The position numbers and the translations under genes are program-made. From NCBI GenBank assembly GCA_964542095.1, contig CAZITF010000001.1:21046-85045 (forward strand): a stretch of DNA of 64,000 nt, given 5' to 3'. The DNA is from an uncultured Rhodobacterales bacterium (GTDB lineage Bacteria > Pseudomonadota > Alphaproteobacteria > Rhodobacterales > Rhodobacteraceae). Of this stretch, positions 19,181 to 29,054 are shown piece after piece (positions within the stretch are counted from its first letter, which is position 1; the number at the start of each line of letters is the position of its first letter). Under the pieces are notes generated by a model. The model searched no databases. It saw only the letters and a program-made list of their open reading frames with translations, and was not told where the DNA came from.

Positions 19181-20230
19181 CTATTGTGGCAGCACGATCT
19201 GCAGTTTCACATCCGCAGGCGGAGCAGAGGCTGCGATCTCGAAAGCTTCCACCGATTGGTCAAAGTCGAAACTGCGGGTGATCAGCGGTTTGACGTCGAT
19301 GGTGCCTGAGGCCAGCATGGCCACGCAGCGCGGGAACACATGCGCGTAGCGAAAGATATTCTCGACCCGCGCCTCGCGTACCATGGCGGCCCCGGCGTCA
19401 TAAGCGATGGGCGCGGACTGCCCGCCGATCATGACAACGCATCCCCCCGGACAAAGCGGTTCGAACACACCTGCGGCCGCCCGCGCGGACCCGGTGGCTT
19501 CGAAAACCACATCTGCCCCCCAGCCGTCGGTGTCCCGCGCGACGCGGTTGGCAATGCTGTCTTTTGCGACGTTCACACCGGTGATGGCCGGGTGCAGAGT
19601 GCTTGCGATTTCCAGTTTGCGATCCACGACATCGCACACATGGACATGCGCGCAGCCCGCCGCGATGGCAGCCAGTGCCGTGACCAGCCCGATGGGGCCC
19701 GCGCCCAGGACCACGGCTGTGTCGCCGGGTTTGATCCTGGCCTTGGTCGCGGCATGTACGCCCACGGCCAACGGTTCGACCATGGCCGCTTCGGCAAAGC
19801 TGACGGTGTCAGGCAGTTTGTAGGTAAAGGCCTCGGGATGCACACAGGTGGGGCGCAGGATGCCGTGGACGGGCGGGGTGGCCCAGAATTTCACAGCTGG
19901 ATCGATGTTGTACATTCCGAGACGGGACGCCCTTGAATTTGGGTCGGGAATGCCGGGTTCCATGCAAACCCGGTCGCCGACGGCCAGCGTGGACACGGCC
20001 GGGCCGGTTTCGATCACAGTGCCAGAGGCCTCGTGCCCCAGGATCATCGGGGCGTTGACGATGAAGGGCCCGATACGACCATGGGTGTAGTAATGCACAT
20101 CCGACCCGCAAATCCCGACAGTGTGCATTTTGATTCGGACATCGTGGGGGGCAAGTACCTCTTCGGATGCCTCGATAGGAAAGTCGCGCAGCGACAAGGC
20201 GCCCACTTTTTCAAGAACCAGTGATTTCAT
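19181..20230 (-). CDS. Zn-dependent polyol (xylitol/sorbitol) dehydrogenase
   Basis: [21 protein letters not shown]; structural-Zn cysteines replaced ([15 protein letters not shown]). Confidence 0.88.
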   Translation of the reverse strand: MKSLVLEKVGALSLRDFPIEASEEVLAPHDVRIKMHTVGICGSDVHYYTHGRIGPFIVNAPMILGHEASGTVIETGPAVSTLAVGDRVCMEPGIPDPNSRASRLGMYNIDPAVKFWATPPVHGILRPTCVHPEAFTYKLPDTVSFAEAAMVEPLAVGVHAATKARIKPGDTAVVLGAGPIGLVTALAAIAAGCAHVHVCDVVDRKLEIASTLHPAITGVNVAKDSIANRVARDTDGWGADVVFEATGSARAAAGVFEPLCPGGCVVMIGGQSAPIAYDAGAAMVREARVENIFRYAHVFPRCVAMLASGTIDVKPLITRSFDFDQSVEAFEIAASAPPADVKLQIVLPQ

Positions 20231-20372
20231 TGCTCTTCCGAACCTGTTGCATCAGCGCATGTTGCGCGTTCGCGGGCTGCAGGTCAAACCAGTGCGTACA
20301 TTGTTCGATGCACATCTGCGATGATCGACCCGCGTGCGGCCAACCTCGTCAAGTGCATGTCCCCGGTCGGGT

Positions 20373-20819
20373 CTACGTCAGATTGCCCGGCGTATCCGCC
20401 ACTAGCCGCCCCAGCAGATCGGACAGCAGCGCGACCTCCTGGTCCGTCCAGCGGTCGCGAAATACTTGGGCCGCCTGTTTGGCAAAGGTCGCGCGCGCTT
20501 GGCCAACCTTGGTCAACCCTGCTTTGGTCAGAACCACAAAGGACAACCGCGCATCGCGCGCGTCCGCCTGCCGCGACACCAGCCCGATTTTCTCCATCGG
20601 GATCGCCATCCGCGTGACGGTAGATGCGCTCATATGCAAGCGACGCGCCAGTTCGACACGGGACAGACGATGCAAAGAGGCGCGCTCCAATTGCATCAGC
20701 AGAAACATCTCGTTGACTGACAGGCCATGGACTGCGGAAAACTCTCCGGCAAGGCGCGCTTTGATCGCATCACCGGATTGCAGCAAACGGAGGACGGGAG
20801 CAGTAAATATATCTGACAT
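20373..20819 (-). CDS. MarR family transcriptional regulator
   Basis: wHTH LSRVELARRLHMSASTVTR..EKIGLVSR..DARLSFVVLT. Confidence 0.9.
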   Translation of the reverse strand: MSDIFTAPVLRLLQSGDAIKARLAGEFSAVHGLSVNEMFLLMQLERASLHRLSRVELARRLHMSASTVTRMAIPMEKIGLVSRQADARDARLSFVVLTKAGLTKVGQARATFAKQAAQVFRDRWTDQEVALLSDLLGRLVADTPGNLT

Positions 20820-20841
20820 CGGGATCAAATAGTCCGATAAG

Positions 20842-20855
20842 CTTGCATATGCAAG
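20842..20855. promoter_or_regulatory. Probable MarR autoregulatory operator
   Basis: Perfect palindrome CTTGCATATGCAAG just upstream of the marR start. Confidence 0.65.
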
Positions 20856-21439
20856 TAAAACGGAAGAATAAGCGCCATAATGCCACCGAAGTCTGATCCA
20901 AGGATCCCGCCGATGCCCCCCGAAACGCTATTTTCGACCACCTCTATCCTCGCGGTGCGGGGCTGGCCGCCCAGGGTCAGGTTGCGGTCTTGCAGATTCT
21001 GTTGCGCATTGTGGCTGGCCCAGAGAACGCGCTGCGCGTGTCGTGGACAATTCATCCGGCAATAGACGAAACGGGGGGACAAATCCGCCAAGGCCCAGGG
21101 ATGTAACGGCAGTCTTTTCGATCACCCGATTGAGGTCGTGGATGACGCAGTTTGCCAAGGTGTCCTTCCGGCGCCTTACTTTCCGTCTTGTCAGATCCGG
21201 CATGACCTTGAAAACAATGGGGCCGCTGCCGCATGTTTTACAGGTCGCGGATGCCACCAGACCGAAGTGCGCAACATTGCCGCGGGGGCCAAAGCCAGTC
21301 CGGGCATTCTTCTTGATCATCCAAAAAGCGAGGTGTCGGTCCACTTCTGCTTCGCGCAAGACGAAGGGCTGGAACTGGTCGGGTTCATAAAAGACCAGCG
21401 AACCACGTGTTGCTTTGCGACAACCGCCCGCATGGGGTT

Positions 21440-21685
21440 CTAACCGCCTGCCAAACGCCGCATCAGGAAAACCTCGGCCCCATCGGGTATGGTTGCAGAC
21501 CAGTCGTCGCGGTAAACCACCCCGTTCACGACCACGGCGATCTGGTTGCGGATCGGCTCGCCCAACGCGGGATACTGCGCTTCGAGTTTGCGCAGCAGTT
21601 CGCGCACAGTGCTGGCCTCGATGCTCAGCGTCTTTTGGTCGTCCGCAAGGGGCCGCAGCCCGGCCCAGAGCGTGACATCAACCAT
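21440..21685 (-). CDS. MoaD/ThiS family sulfur-carrier protein
   Basis: 81 aa ubiquitin-like protein ending LAGG; overlaps the end of the Mo subunit. Confidence 0.88.
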   Translation of the reverse strand: MVDVTLWAGLRPLADDQKTLSIEASTVRELLRKLEAQYPALGEPIRNQIAVVVNGVVYRDDWSATIPDGAEVFLMRRLAGG

Positions 21686-23936
21686 CTGTGTCCAGCGCCG
21701 CCAGAATGCGGGGCGGTGAAATCGGGATGTGGGCCATGCGGACACCGACCGCGTTCGACACCGCGTTGGCGATGGCCGCGAGCGGCGGCACGATGGATGT
21801 CTCGCCCACGCCGCGCACCCCGTAGGGATGATTGGGGTTGGGTATTTCGAGGATCTGCGTGTCGATCATCGGCAGGTCTGAACAGACCGGGATGCGGTAA
21901 TCGAGGAAGCCCGGGTTTTGCAGACGGCCATCCGGCCCATAGACATATTCCTCGTTCAGCGCCCAGCCGATGCCTTGCGCTGCACCGCCCTGATACTGCC
22001 CCTCGACGTAAGAGGGGTGGACCGCCTTGCCTGCATCCTGAATGACGGTATAGCGGGTCACGCGGCTTGATCCGGTTTCGGGATCGACTTCGATATCGCA
22101 GATATGGGTGGCGAAAGACACGCCCGCACCATCGGCAACCAGTTCGCTATGGCCCGCGATGGGGCCACCTGTGTTGCCCGCCTCTGCGGCCAGATCCTTG
22201 ACCGACAGGGGCGCGCGGTTGCCGTGCTTGGTGCCGGCAGCATGGGAATGGCCGTCTTCCCAATAGACGTCTTCGAGCGGAATGTCCCAGGTGAGGGCGG
22301 CGCGTTCGCGCATGACCTTGATCGCATTGCGCGCCGCCGAAATCGTTGCCATCGAGGACGAGAACGTGCCCCGGCTGCCGTCTGTCATGTCGTTGTAGCC
22401 CAGTGTGGCGGTGTCAGCGACCACGGCCTTGACGTCATCATAGGCGATGCCGAGTTCCTCTGCGGCGATCAGCGACAGCGAGGCCCGCGAGCCGCCCACA
22501 TCCACAGTGCCCACGGCCAGCGTGACGGTGCCATCGGCGTTTATGTTCAGATCGGTGCAGGTCTGGCCACCAAAGTTGAACCAGAACCCGCAGGCCATGC
22601 CGCGTCCCTGGTTCTTGCCCAGGGGCGCGCTCATGTGCGGGTGCGATTTCGCTGCTTGCAGGGTCGGGCCGATGCCGATGGGGCCATAGACCGGACCATA
22701 CGAGGATTTGGTGCCCTCCCTGGCCGCATTCCTGATGCGCAGATCGACCGCATCCATGCCGATCTTGTGGGCCATCTCGTCAATTGCGCTTTCAACGGCG
22801 AAGGCGGCCATGGGGGCAGAGGGCGCGCGGTAGGCCGCAACCTTGGGGCGGTTCACCAGCACCTCGAACCCGATGGTCTGAACGTTGTCGAGGTCATAGC
22901 AGGCGAAGGCGGTCATCGCGCCCAGTTCGGCCCACATGCCCGCGTAGGGCCCACTGGTATAACGCAACGTCGCGCGCGCGGCCGTGATCCGACCATCCTT
23001 GCGCGCCCCGATCTTGACATCGATGGACGTCGCACTCGTTGGGCCGGAGGCACGGAACACCTCTTCGCGTGACATCACCAGCTTGACCGGGCGGCCTGCC
23101 TTGCGCGACAGGGCCAAAGCGACGGGTTCGGCCCAGACATGGGTCTTGCCGCCGAAACCGCCGCCGATTTCCGAAGAGGTCACACGCAGCTTGGACACTT
23201 CAAGGCCCAGCAAATCCGCACAGTTCTGTCGGTAGACGAAATGTCCCTGGGTGCAGACCCACAGATCGGCGGTGCCGTCAGAGTTGCAATTGGCCACGCA
23301 GGCATGCGGTTCGATATAGCCTTGATGGGTCTGTTCGGTCTTGTAGCTGCGCTCGACAATCACGTCGGCCTCGGCAAAACCTGCCTCGACGTCGCCGTGC
23401 CCGAATTCCGCCCGGTTCGTCACGTTGGACGGGGACGTCGGCGCAGGGTCGATCCCGGTGGTGAACACCGCCTCATTCAGCACAGGCGCGTCGGCCTGCA
23501 TGGCCTCATCGACGTCAACCACGTGGGGCAGCACCTCGTACTCCACTTCGATCAGTTTCAGCGCCTGTTTGGCGGCCTTTTCGTCAATCGCGGCCACGGC
23601 GGCGACGGCATGGCCATCATACATCGCCTTGTCGCGCGCCATGCAGTTGTCGAGGATCGCGAACAGGTCTGCATTGCCGTCCGTCAGGTCGGGCAGATCG
23701 GCGGCAGTGATGATCGCCTTGACGCCTTTGACGGCCTCGGCCTTCGAGGTGTCGATGCTTTTGATGCGGGCATGGGCGTGGGGGCTGCGCAGCACACGTG
23801 CGACCAACTGGCCCGGCATGTTGAAATCCGCGCCATAGCGCGCGCGGCCCGTGACCTTGTCCACGCCGTCCGGACGCAGGGGGCGGGTGCCCACGGTATT
23901 GAAGGTCTTGGACTGATAGGCGGCATCAAAGCTCAT
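21678..23936 (-). CDS. Xanthine dehydrogenase family molybdopterin-binding subunit
   Basis: KVTGRARY, LRSPHAHA, IGGGFGGK, AYRAPSA, EGQYQGG, RGVGE. Confidence 0.95.
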   Translation of the reverse strand: MSFDAAYQSKTFNTVGTRPLRPDGVDKVTGRARYGADFNMPGQLVARVLRSPHAHARIKSIDTSKAEAVKGVKAIITAADLPDLTDGNADLFAILDNCMARDKAMYDGHAVAAVAAIDEKAAKQALKLIEVEYEVLPHVVDVDEAMQADAPVLNEAVFTTGIDPAPTSPSNVTNRAEFGHGDVEAGFAEADVIVERSYKTEQTHQGYIEPHACVANCNSDGTADLWVCTQGHFVYRQNCADLLGLEVSKLRVTSSEIGGGFGGKTHVWAEPVALALSRKAGRPVKLVMSREEVFRASGPTSATSIDVKIGARKDGRITAARATLRYTSGPYAGMWAELGAMTAFACYDLDNVQTIGFEVLVNRPKVAAYRAPSAPMAAFAVESAIDEMAHKIGMDAVDLRIRNAAREGTKSSYGPVYGPIGIGPTLQAAKSHPHMSAPLGKNQGRGMACGFWFNFGGQTCTDLNINADGTVTLAVGTVDVGGSRASLSLIAAEELGIAYDDVKAVVADTATLGYNDMTDGSRGTFSSSMATISAARNAIKVMRERAALTWDIPLEDVYWEDGHSHAAGTKHGNRAPLSVKDLAAEAGNTGGPIAGHSELVADGAGVSFATHICDIEVDPETGSSRVTRYTVIQDAGKAVHPSYVEGQYQGGAAQGIGWALNEEYVYGPDGRLQNPGFLDYRIPVCSDLPMIDTQILEIPNPNHPYGVRGVGETSIVPPLAAIANAVSNAVGVRMAHIPISPPRILAALDTDG

Positions 23937-24415
23937 GCGGTTTCCCCCCTCATTTCAAGTGCGGCATCCTGAACGGCGCGCACGATCTTGTCATAGCCCG
24001 TGCAGCGGCACAGGTTGCCGGCAAGCCAGAACCGGATTTCGGTTTCGCTCGGGTCCGGGTTGGAGTCCAGCAGAGCCTTGGCCGCGATCAGAAAGCCGGG
24101 CGTGCAAATCCCGCATTGCAGGGCAGCATGTTCGATGAATTTGCGCTGCAACGGGTGCAATTCGCTCCCTTGCGCCATGCCTTCGATGGTTTCGATTGTG
24201 CGCCCCTGCGCTTCGGCGCCAAGCACGAGACAGGAACAGACAACCCGCCCGTCCATGATCGTGCTGCACGCACCGCAATCGCCGGTGCCGCAGCCTTCCT
24301 TGGCCCCCATCAGGCCCAGGCGGTTGCGCAATACGTCCAGCAGCGTTTCATCCGGTTGACACAGGAACTCCACATCGTCGTCGTTGATCGTCGTGCTGAC
24401 GGCTATCGAAGTCAT
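23933..24415 (-). CDS. 2x[2Fe-2S] subunit of Mo-hydroxylase
   Basis: KEGCGTGDCGAC..SC, QCGICTPG, NLCRCTGY. Confidence 0.95.
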   Translation of the reverse strand: MTSIAVSTTINDDDVEFLCQPDETLLDVLRNRLGLMGAKEGCGTGDCGACSTIMDGRVVCSCLVLGAEAQGRTIETIEGMAQGSELHPLQRKFIEHAALQCGICTPGFLIAAKALLDSNPDPSETEIRFWLAGNLCRCTGYDKIVRAVQDAALEMRGETA

Positions 24416-25275
24416 GCCTGTCCTCCTGCGCGGGTGAATGCAGCCTGTGCTGCGCGGCGTGCCAGCACGCCTGCAACCCTGGTGCGGAACGCGACGGTGC
24501 CGCGTTTGTCGTCGATGGGTGTGCTGGCCTCTGAACACGCGGCGGCCAAGGCATCAAGAGCTGCGTCGTCAAGTGTCGTGCCGATGATCGCATCCGCTGC
24601 CGCATCAACCAGCTTGACCGTTGGCCCCACGGCCCCCAGTGCGACGCGCGCCGAAGCAACCGCGCCACCCGCGTCCAGGGTCAGGTTCACGCCGACACCG
24701 ACCACGGCGATGTCCATTTCCGTGCGCGGGATAAAGCGCAGATAGGCATCGCCCGAGTGCGCAACCCGCCTGGGCAGAAGCACAGCCTCGATGATCTCGC
24801 CCTTGGCAAGCGAAGTCTTGCCCGGACCCGTGGGAATGTCGATCACCGCAGCCTCGCGCGTGCCGCCCGGCCCTGCGATACGCACGCGCGCGTCTGCGGC
24901 GACCAGGGCAGGGACGCTGTCCGCCGCCGGGGAGGCATTGCACAGGTTGCCCGCAACCGTGCAGCGCCCCTGTATCTGGGTCGATCCGATCAGGTTTGCG
25001 GCCTCGACCACGCCGGGCCATGCGGCCGCAAGGGCGGGATGTTCGGACAGGGCGATGCAAGGCACGGCGGCCCCGATGACAAAGCCCTGGTCTGTTTCGC
25101 TGATGTCGCCCATGCCCGCGATGGACTTGATGTCGACGATAAGGTCGGCCTCGAAGTCGTCGCGCTGCATGCGGACAAGCAGGTCGGTGCCGCCCGCCAG
25201 CACAAAGGCGGGAGCATCGGCGGCGGCGAGCAGGGCGGATGCATCCTCGAGTGTTTCCGGTCTTTCATAGCGCAC
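24412..25275 (-). CDS. FAD-binding subunit of Mo-hydroxylase
   Basis: YERPETLEDA, LAGGTDL, TVAGNLCNASPAADS; GTG start. Confidence 0.93.
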   Translation of the reverse strand: MRYERPETLEDASALLAAADAPAFVLAGGTDLLVRMQRDDFEADLIVDIKSIAGMGDISETDQGFVIGAAVPCIALSEHPALAAAWPGVVEAANLIGSTQIQGRCTVAGNLCNASPAADSVPALVAADARVRIAGPGGTREAAVIDIPTGPGKTSLAKGEIIEAVLLPRRVAHSGDAYLRFIPRTEMDIAVVGVGVNLTLDAGGAVASARVALGAVGPTVKLVDAAADAIIGTTLDDAALDALAAACSEASTPIDDKRGTVAFRTRVAGVLARRAAQAAFTRAGGQA

Positions 25276-25436
25276 GGGGACAGTCCCTTCTGGTCTTTGC
25301 TGCGGTTTATTGTCGGGCCAAGCATCCGCCAGAGTGGGGCGTCTTCGCAAGCACAATCAACGGAACGGACCGCATTCGGCGCCTTGTTCTGCGGGAATGG
25401 GACGGTTGGCTCGCCTCAAGCAGGCGTTGGCGACGG

Positions 25437-26029
25437 TCAGGCCAGTTTATCCTGTTCGGCGCCGCGTCCGTTGCCGTCGGTTCGAGGGTTGGCAACCGCG
25501 ATGTTTTCCGACCGCCCGAGCGCTTCTCGATTGGACTGGGCGAGACCGGCGAACCGGCTGTCGGGAAAGCGTTCGAGAAACGCTGACCAGCCGCGCAGCG
25601 AATTCATCGCCCTGAGCGCCTGGCATAGGGCCTGTTCGCGCTGGAAGGAGGCGCATAGGCCAGCGGATTGTCGCGGCACGCATCGATCACGACGTGCGAA
25701 GCGCGTGATTTGGCCCGGATGGTTTTGATCACCGACTTGATTGGATCCGTGTCCGACAGAATGTCGAATTCAGACTGCAATTTTGCATCCGCGCGGCGGA
25801 CATGGTTGCGCCCTTCGAATTGCGTGCCGTGGCCCAAGAGTTGGACAAATGTGACGTCGGCCGTGCGGTTGGCATCGAGGAAGGCCGGCATTATCTGCGA
25901 AACACCGGAACGGGGAAGGCATTCGTGCAGGCTGCCCCTGGCAAAGGTCGCAAAAGTTTCAGTTTCAGATCGGGTGCCGGACGCGGTATTGTCATCCGCC
26001 CGGCCACGGGTGGAGCCGAGCCCATTCAC
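25437..26029 (-). pseudogene. Decayed caspase-family (peptidase C14) gene
   Basis: ADVTFVQLLGHGTQFEGRN...VVIDACRDNPL (His/Cys motifs), then a frameshift to WSAFLERFPDSRFAGLA; no signal peptide; about 100 codons missing compared with the intact paralog. Confidence 0.75.
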
Positions 26030-28209
26030 CGGCTGACGGTTGTCAGAATGCGGCTGTCGAGCGAATTGATCGCCCCCCGCCTTTGAGCAAGCGCATCGGC
26101 GTATCCGCCTGCGGATTCAGTTGTCGGACGCAGGCCTTCGAAAATCTGTTCATCCGAATGGATCACGATGATCTTGGTCTTTCCCAGTGCCGTGTCATCC
26201 ACCACAAAGGCCAGTTTGCGACCGTCCTGATTGTCCGCAATGCTGTGCGCCACCCGAATGCGCACATCGCCGTCGCGCCCATTGCGCAAAGTTGCAATAT
26301 CGTTTTCCGCAAACATCAGGTTGGGCAAGAGGTGAAACACATTGCCCGAGACATCGAGGGCTGAGACGAACAGATAACCGTCGGTCATCTCGGGCGGGAT
26401 CACCACCTCGATGATCGGGTTTTCCCCTACGAAAAAGGTGCCCGTGTTGTTGGTGGCCGGATCGCTGCCCTCGCGAAAATCGACGCGGACCCCGGCTTGG
26501 GGCACGTCCGGCAGGACGCTGTCGATCAGGCAAAGGGTCGGGTTCAGCACTTCGATATCAAGGCGCAGAGAGCGGTCGCCGATCGCGTCGCTCAGTCGGT
26601 TTGACAGCGCCTCGCGGGTCGCAGCGGTGTCAAGCCGCCCCGTCACGATCACCTGACTGCCAGTCGGATAGCCTGCCAGCGGCGCATCCGCGACCTGCAA
26701 GTCACCACAGGTCTGATAGGCGGCAAGGATCGGCGCCAGCGCCTGAACCGTCAGGATGCGCGGCCCCAGATCGATGCCGACCTCCACGTCAATCGCGCCC
26801 CGCAATTCGGGTCGGGCAAGGGCCGCGACCAGTCTGTCCCGTTCCGTTCCGTCATAGGTCAGCCCGGTGATCTGTGCGCGATCTCCCTCTGCACGAACTT
26901 TCCATTCGGGCAGAGGGCGCACGGCCTCGATCAGGCGCAGGATGTCTGGCCCCCAGCTCTCGGCGATGTCGCCACTTGCGAGGGTCAGTTCGGTGGTGCC
27001 CCCTTGCTCCGCGACCAGTGCGCCCAATGCGTCACGCGTGGTTTCGGACGGCATGTTGCCCACCGCCAGCGGCGGCTGGTTTTCAGTGCGCGAGACCACC
27101 AGTGTGTAGGGCTCGGCCACGGGGAAACGGGGGCCGAGCAGGGCATCCACAGCGCCCGACAGATACGCACCCACGCCGATGGCGACGACAAGCAGCGCGG
27201 CCAGACCCAGCATCAGCGGGCCGCGTTTCCCTTGCGGTTCCGGTTCGGAAACGGGTGCGCTCTCAGTGGCAGGAGAGGCAGGCGCGACAATCGTGGCCGC
27301 CTCGGATATGGCAGTCTCTTCCCTGGTACGGGGTATGACGATGGTGCGTTCGTCATCGCCGTCATCGACCCCTGCCAGCGCGGGACGGCGGCCATCGATC
27401 TCGTCCAGAACGTCCTGCGCCGTTTGCAGGCGCTGATCGCGGTCGGGCCGCGTCATGCGGTCTATCAGGGTCTTGAGCGGTTCGGGTACGCCTTCGGTGT
27501 CCAGCGGCAGGGCCTTGATGTTGACGACATCCATCAGGTTGCTGCCGATATTGGGCCGCTTGCCCCGGAAGGTCGCGAGCAGCAGCGCACCGAGCGCGTA
27601 GATATCGGCGCGCGCATCGGTCTGCCCGTTCAACTGTTCGGGAGCTGCATAGGAGAATTTGCCCGCAAACTCGTTGCCGACAATGGTCTCGGCGCCGGGA
27701 TTTGTGTCCTTGGCGATGCCGAAGTCGATGATGACGGCATCGTTGGGGTCGCTACCGCGCAGGATGATGTTGTCTGGCGAAAGGTCGCGGTGAACGATGT
27801 TTTTCGCGTGCGCCGCGCGCAGCCCTTCGGCGACCCGGCGGCAAACGACCAGCACATCCTCGGCCGACATCCCGCCTTCCTTGATCTTGCGATCAAGACC
27901 GGGGCCATCGACATAATCCATCACCAGATAGACATGCCCGTCATCGGTGCGCTGGTTGTCGTAGTACCGCACGATCGCATCATGGCGGATATCCCGCATG
28001 GCCTCTTCGCGCGTCATCAGCGCCAGAAAGTCCTCGTTGCGGGAAAATTCCGAACGCAGCGCCTTGACCGCGACCACCCGGCCGGAAATCTCGCTGACGG
28101 CGCGATAGACCTCTGAGGTTCCGCCAAGGCCCAATACCTTGTCGATCCGGTAAGTGTTGTTCAACACATCCCCGATTTGGAAGATGCCGGGGTTGTCGCG
28201 TGCAGTCAC
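26026..28209 (-). CDS. Membrane Hanks-type Ser/Thr protein kinase with a large periplasmic region (C-terminal DUF4384-like domain)
   Basis: LGLGGTSEVY, VAVK, HRDLSPDN, IDFG, YAAPEQ, DIYALG; one TM; C-terminal FFVGENPII..GYLFVSALDVSGNVFHLLPN. Confidence 0.92.
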   Translation of the reverse strand: MTARDNPGIFQIGDVLNNTYRIDKVLGLGGTSEVYRAVSEISGRVVAVKALRSEFSRNEDFLALMTREEAMRDIRHDAIVRYYDNQRTDDGHVYLVMDYVDGPGLDRKIKEGGMSAEDVLVVCRRVAEGLRAAHAKNIVHRDLSPDNIILRGSDPNDAVIIDFGIAKDTNPGAETIVGNEFAGKFSYAAPEQLNGQTDARADIYALGALLLATFRGKRPNIGSNLMDVVNIKALPLDTEGVPEPLKTLIDRMTRPDRDQRLQTAQDVLDEIDGRRPALAGVDDGDDERTIVIPRTREETAISEAATIVAPASPATESAPVSEPEPQGKRGPLMLGLAALLVVAIGVGAYLSGAVDALLGPRFPVAEPYTLVVSRTENQPPLAVGNMPSETTRDALGALVAEQGGTTELTLASGDIAESWGPDILRLIEAVRPLPEWKVRAEGDRAQITGLTYDGTERDRLVAALARPELRGAIDVEVGIDLGPRILTVQALAPILAAYQTCGDLQVADAPLAGYPTGSQVIVTGRLDTAATREALSNRLSDAIGDRSLRLDIEVLNPTLCLIDSVLPDVPQAGVRVDFREGSDPATNNTGTFFVGENPIIEVVIPPEMTDGYLFVSALDVSGNVFHLLPNLMFAENDIATLRNGRDGDVRIRVAHSIADNQDGRKLAFVVDDTALGKTKIIVIHSDEQIFEGLRPTTESAGGYADALAQRRGAINSLDSRILTTVSR

Positions 28210-28263
28210 GTCTGGTCCTCGCCCCGATTGGGAAATGTCATGTCGCGCCGCGCCGCGGGGCTG

Positions 28264-28824
28264 TTAGCCGAGCGCCTGGAACTCGACGCGCCGATTGACA
28301 TCCCCCCGCGGATTTTCGGGGTCCAAGGGATATTCTTCGCCGACGCCCACGGCCTCCATCCGATCCTCGGGATAGCCGCAATCCGAAACGAGAAAGCGCT
28401 TGACCTCTTCGGCGCGCAATTTGGACAGGCGCTTGTTGTAATCGGCCGAGCCTGACGAGTCGGTGTGGCCCAGAATGCGCACCATCTGCACGTCTGCGGC
28501 CTTGAGCGCATCGCAGAGCAGGACCAGCTTGGGTTTTTCGTCCTCACGCAGGGCGGCGGAATCAAAGTCGAAGGAGACGCTGATATTCACCTGCTCGTCT
28601 TTGGGAATGATCGTTGCGACGTTTTCCGGAGCGGTTTGTACCGTTGCGGCCGCCGAGGCGCCTTCTTCCGGTTTGGCGATGACCAGCCCACGTGTCTTCT
28701 GCTTTTTGAAATTTTCCGACATCTCTTCGACCGAGGGTGTCGAACTGTCCTGTGCCATCACCGGAACAGCGAAACCGATCGTCGCAGCCGCGAGTGTGGC
28801 CAGCACTCTGTTGAAACGTGTCAT
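28264..28824 (-). CDS. Exported OmpA-like peptidoglycan-binding protein
   Basis: Signal peptide; FDFDSAAL, GHTDSSGSADYNKRLSKLRA, NRRVEF. Confidence 0.93.
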   Translation of the reverse strand: MTRFNRVLATLAAATIGFAVPVMAQDSSTPSVEEMSENFKKQKTRGLVIAKPEEGASAAATVQTAPENVATIIPKDEQVNISVSFDFDSAALREDEKPKLVLLCDALKAADVQMVRILGHTDSSGSADYNKRLSKLRAEEVKRFLVSDCGYPEDRMEAVGVGEEYPLDPENPRGDVNRRVEFQALG

Positions 28825-29054
28825 CGTGGCAGTTCCTTCATAAAATTTTGCGCGCGTAACGTCTCAAAAGCCTATCGTAACGGGGGTGGGATGCCAACCT
28901 TTTCGCAGGGCCCGTACGGTTCAGGCGTCGTTTTGCCGGGGGGACAAAACCGGGGCCATGCTGCGCGGCGCCTTCCCGTCCGAGTGGTGAAAAAATTGCT
29001 GCCGGGGCGTCAAAGCCCTTCGCCGCCCTCGCAAAACAGTGTTAAGCTTGCGAC

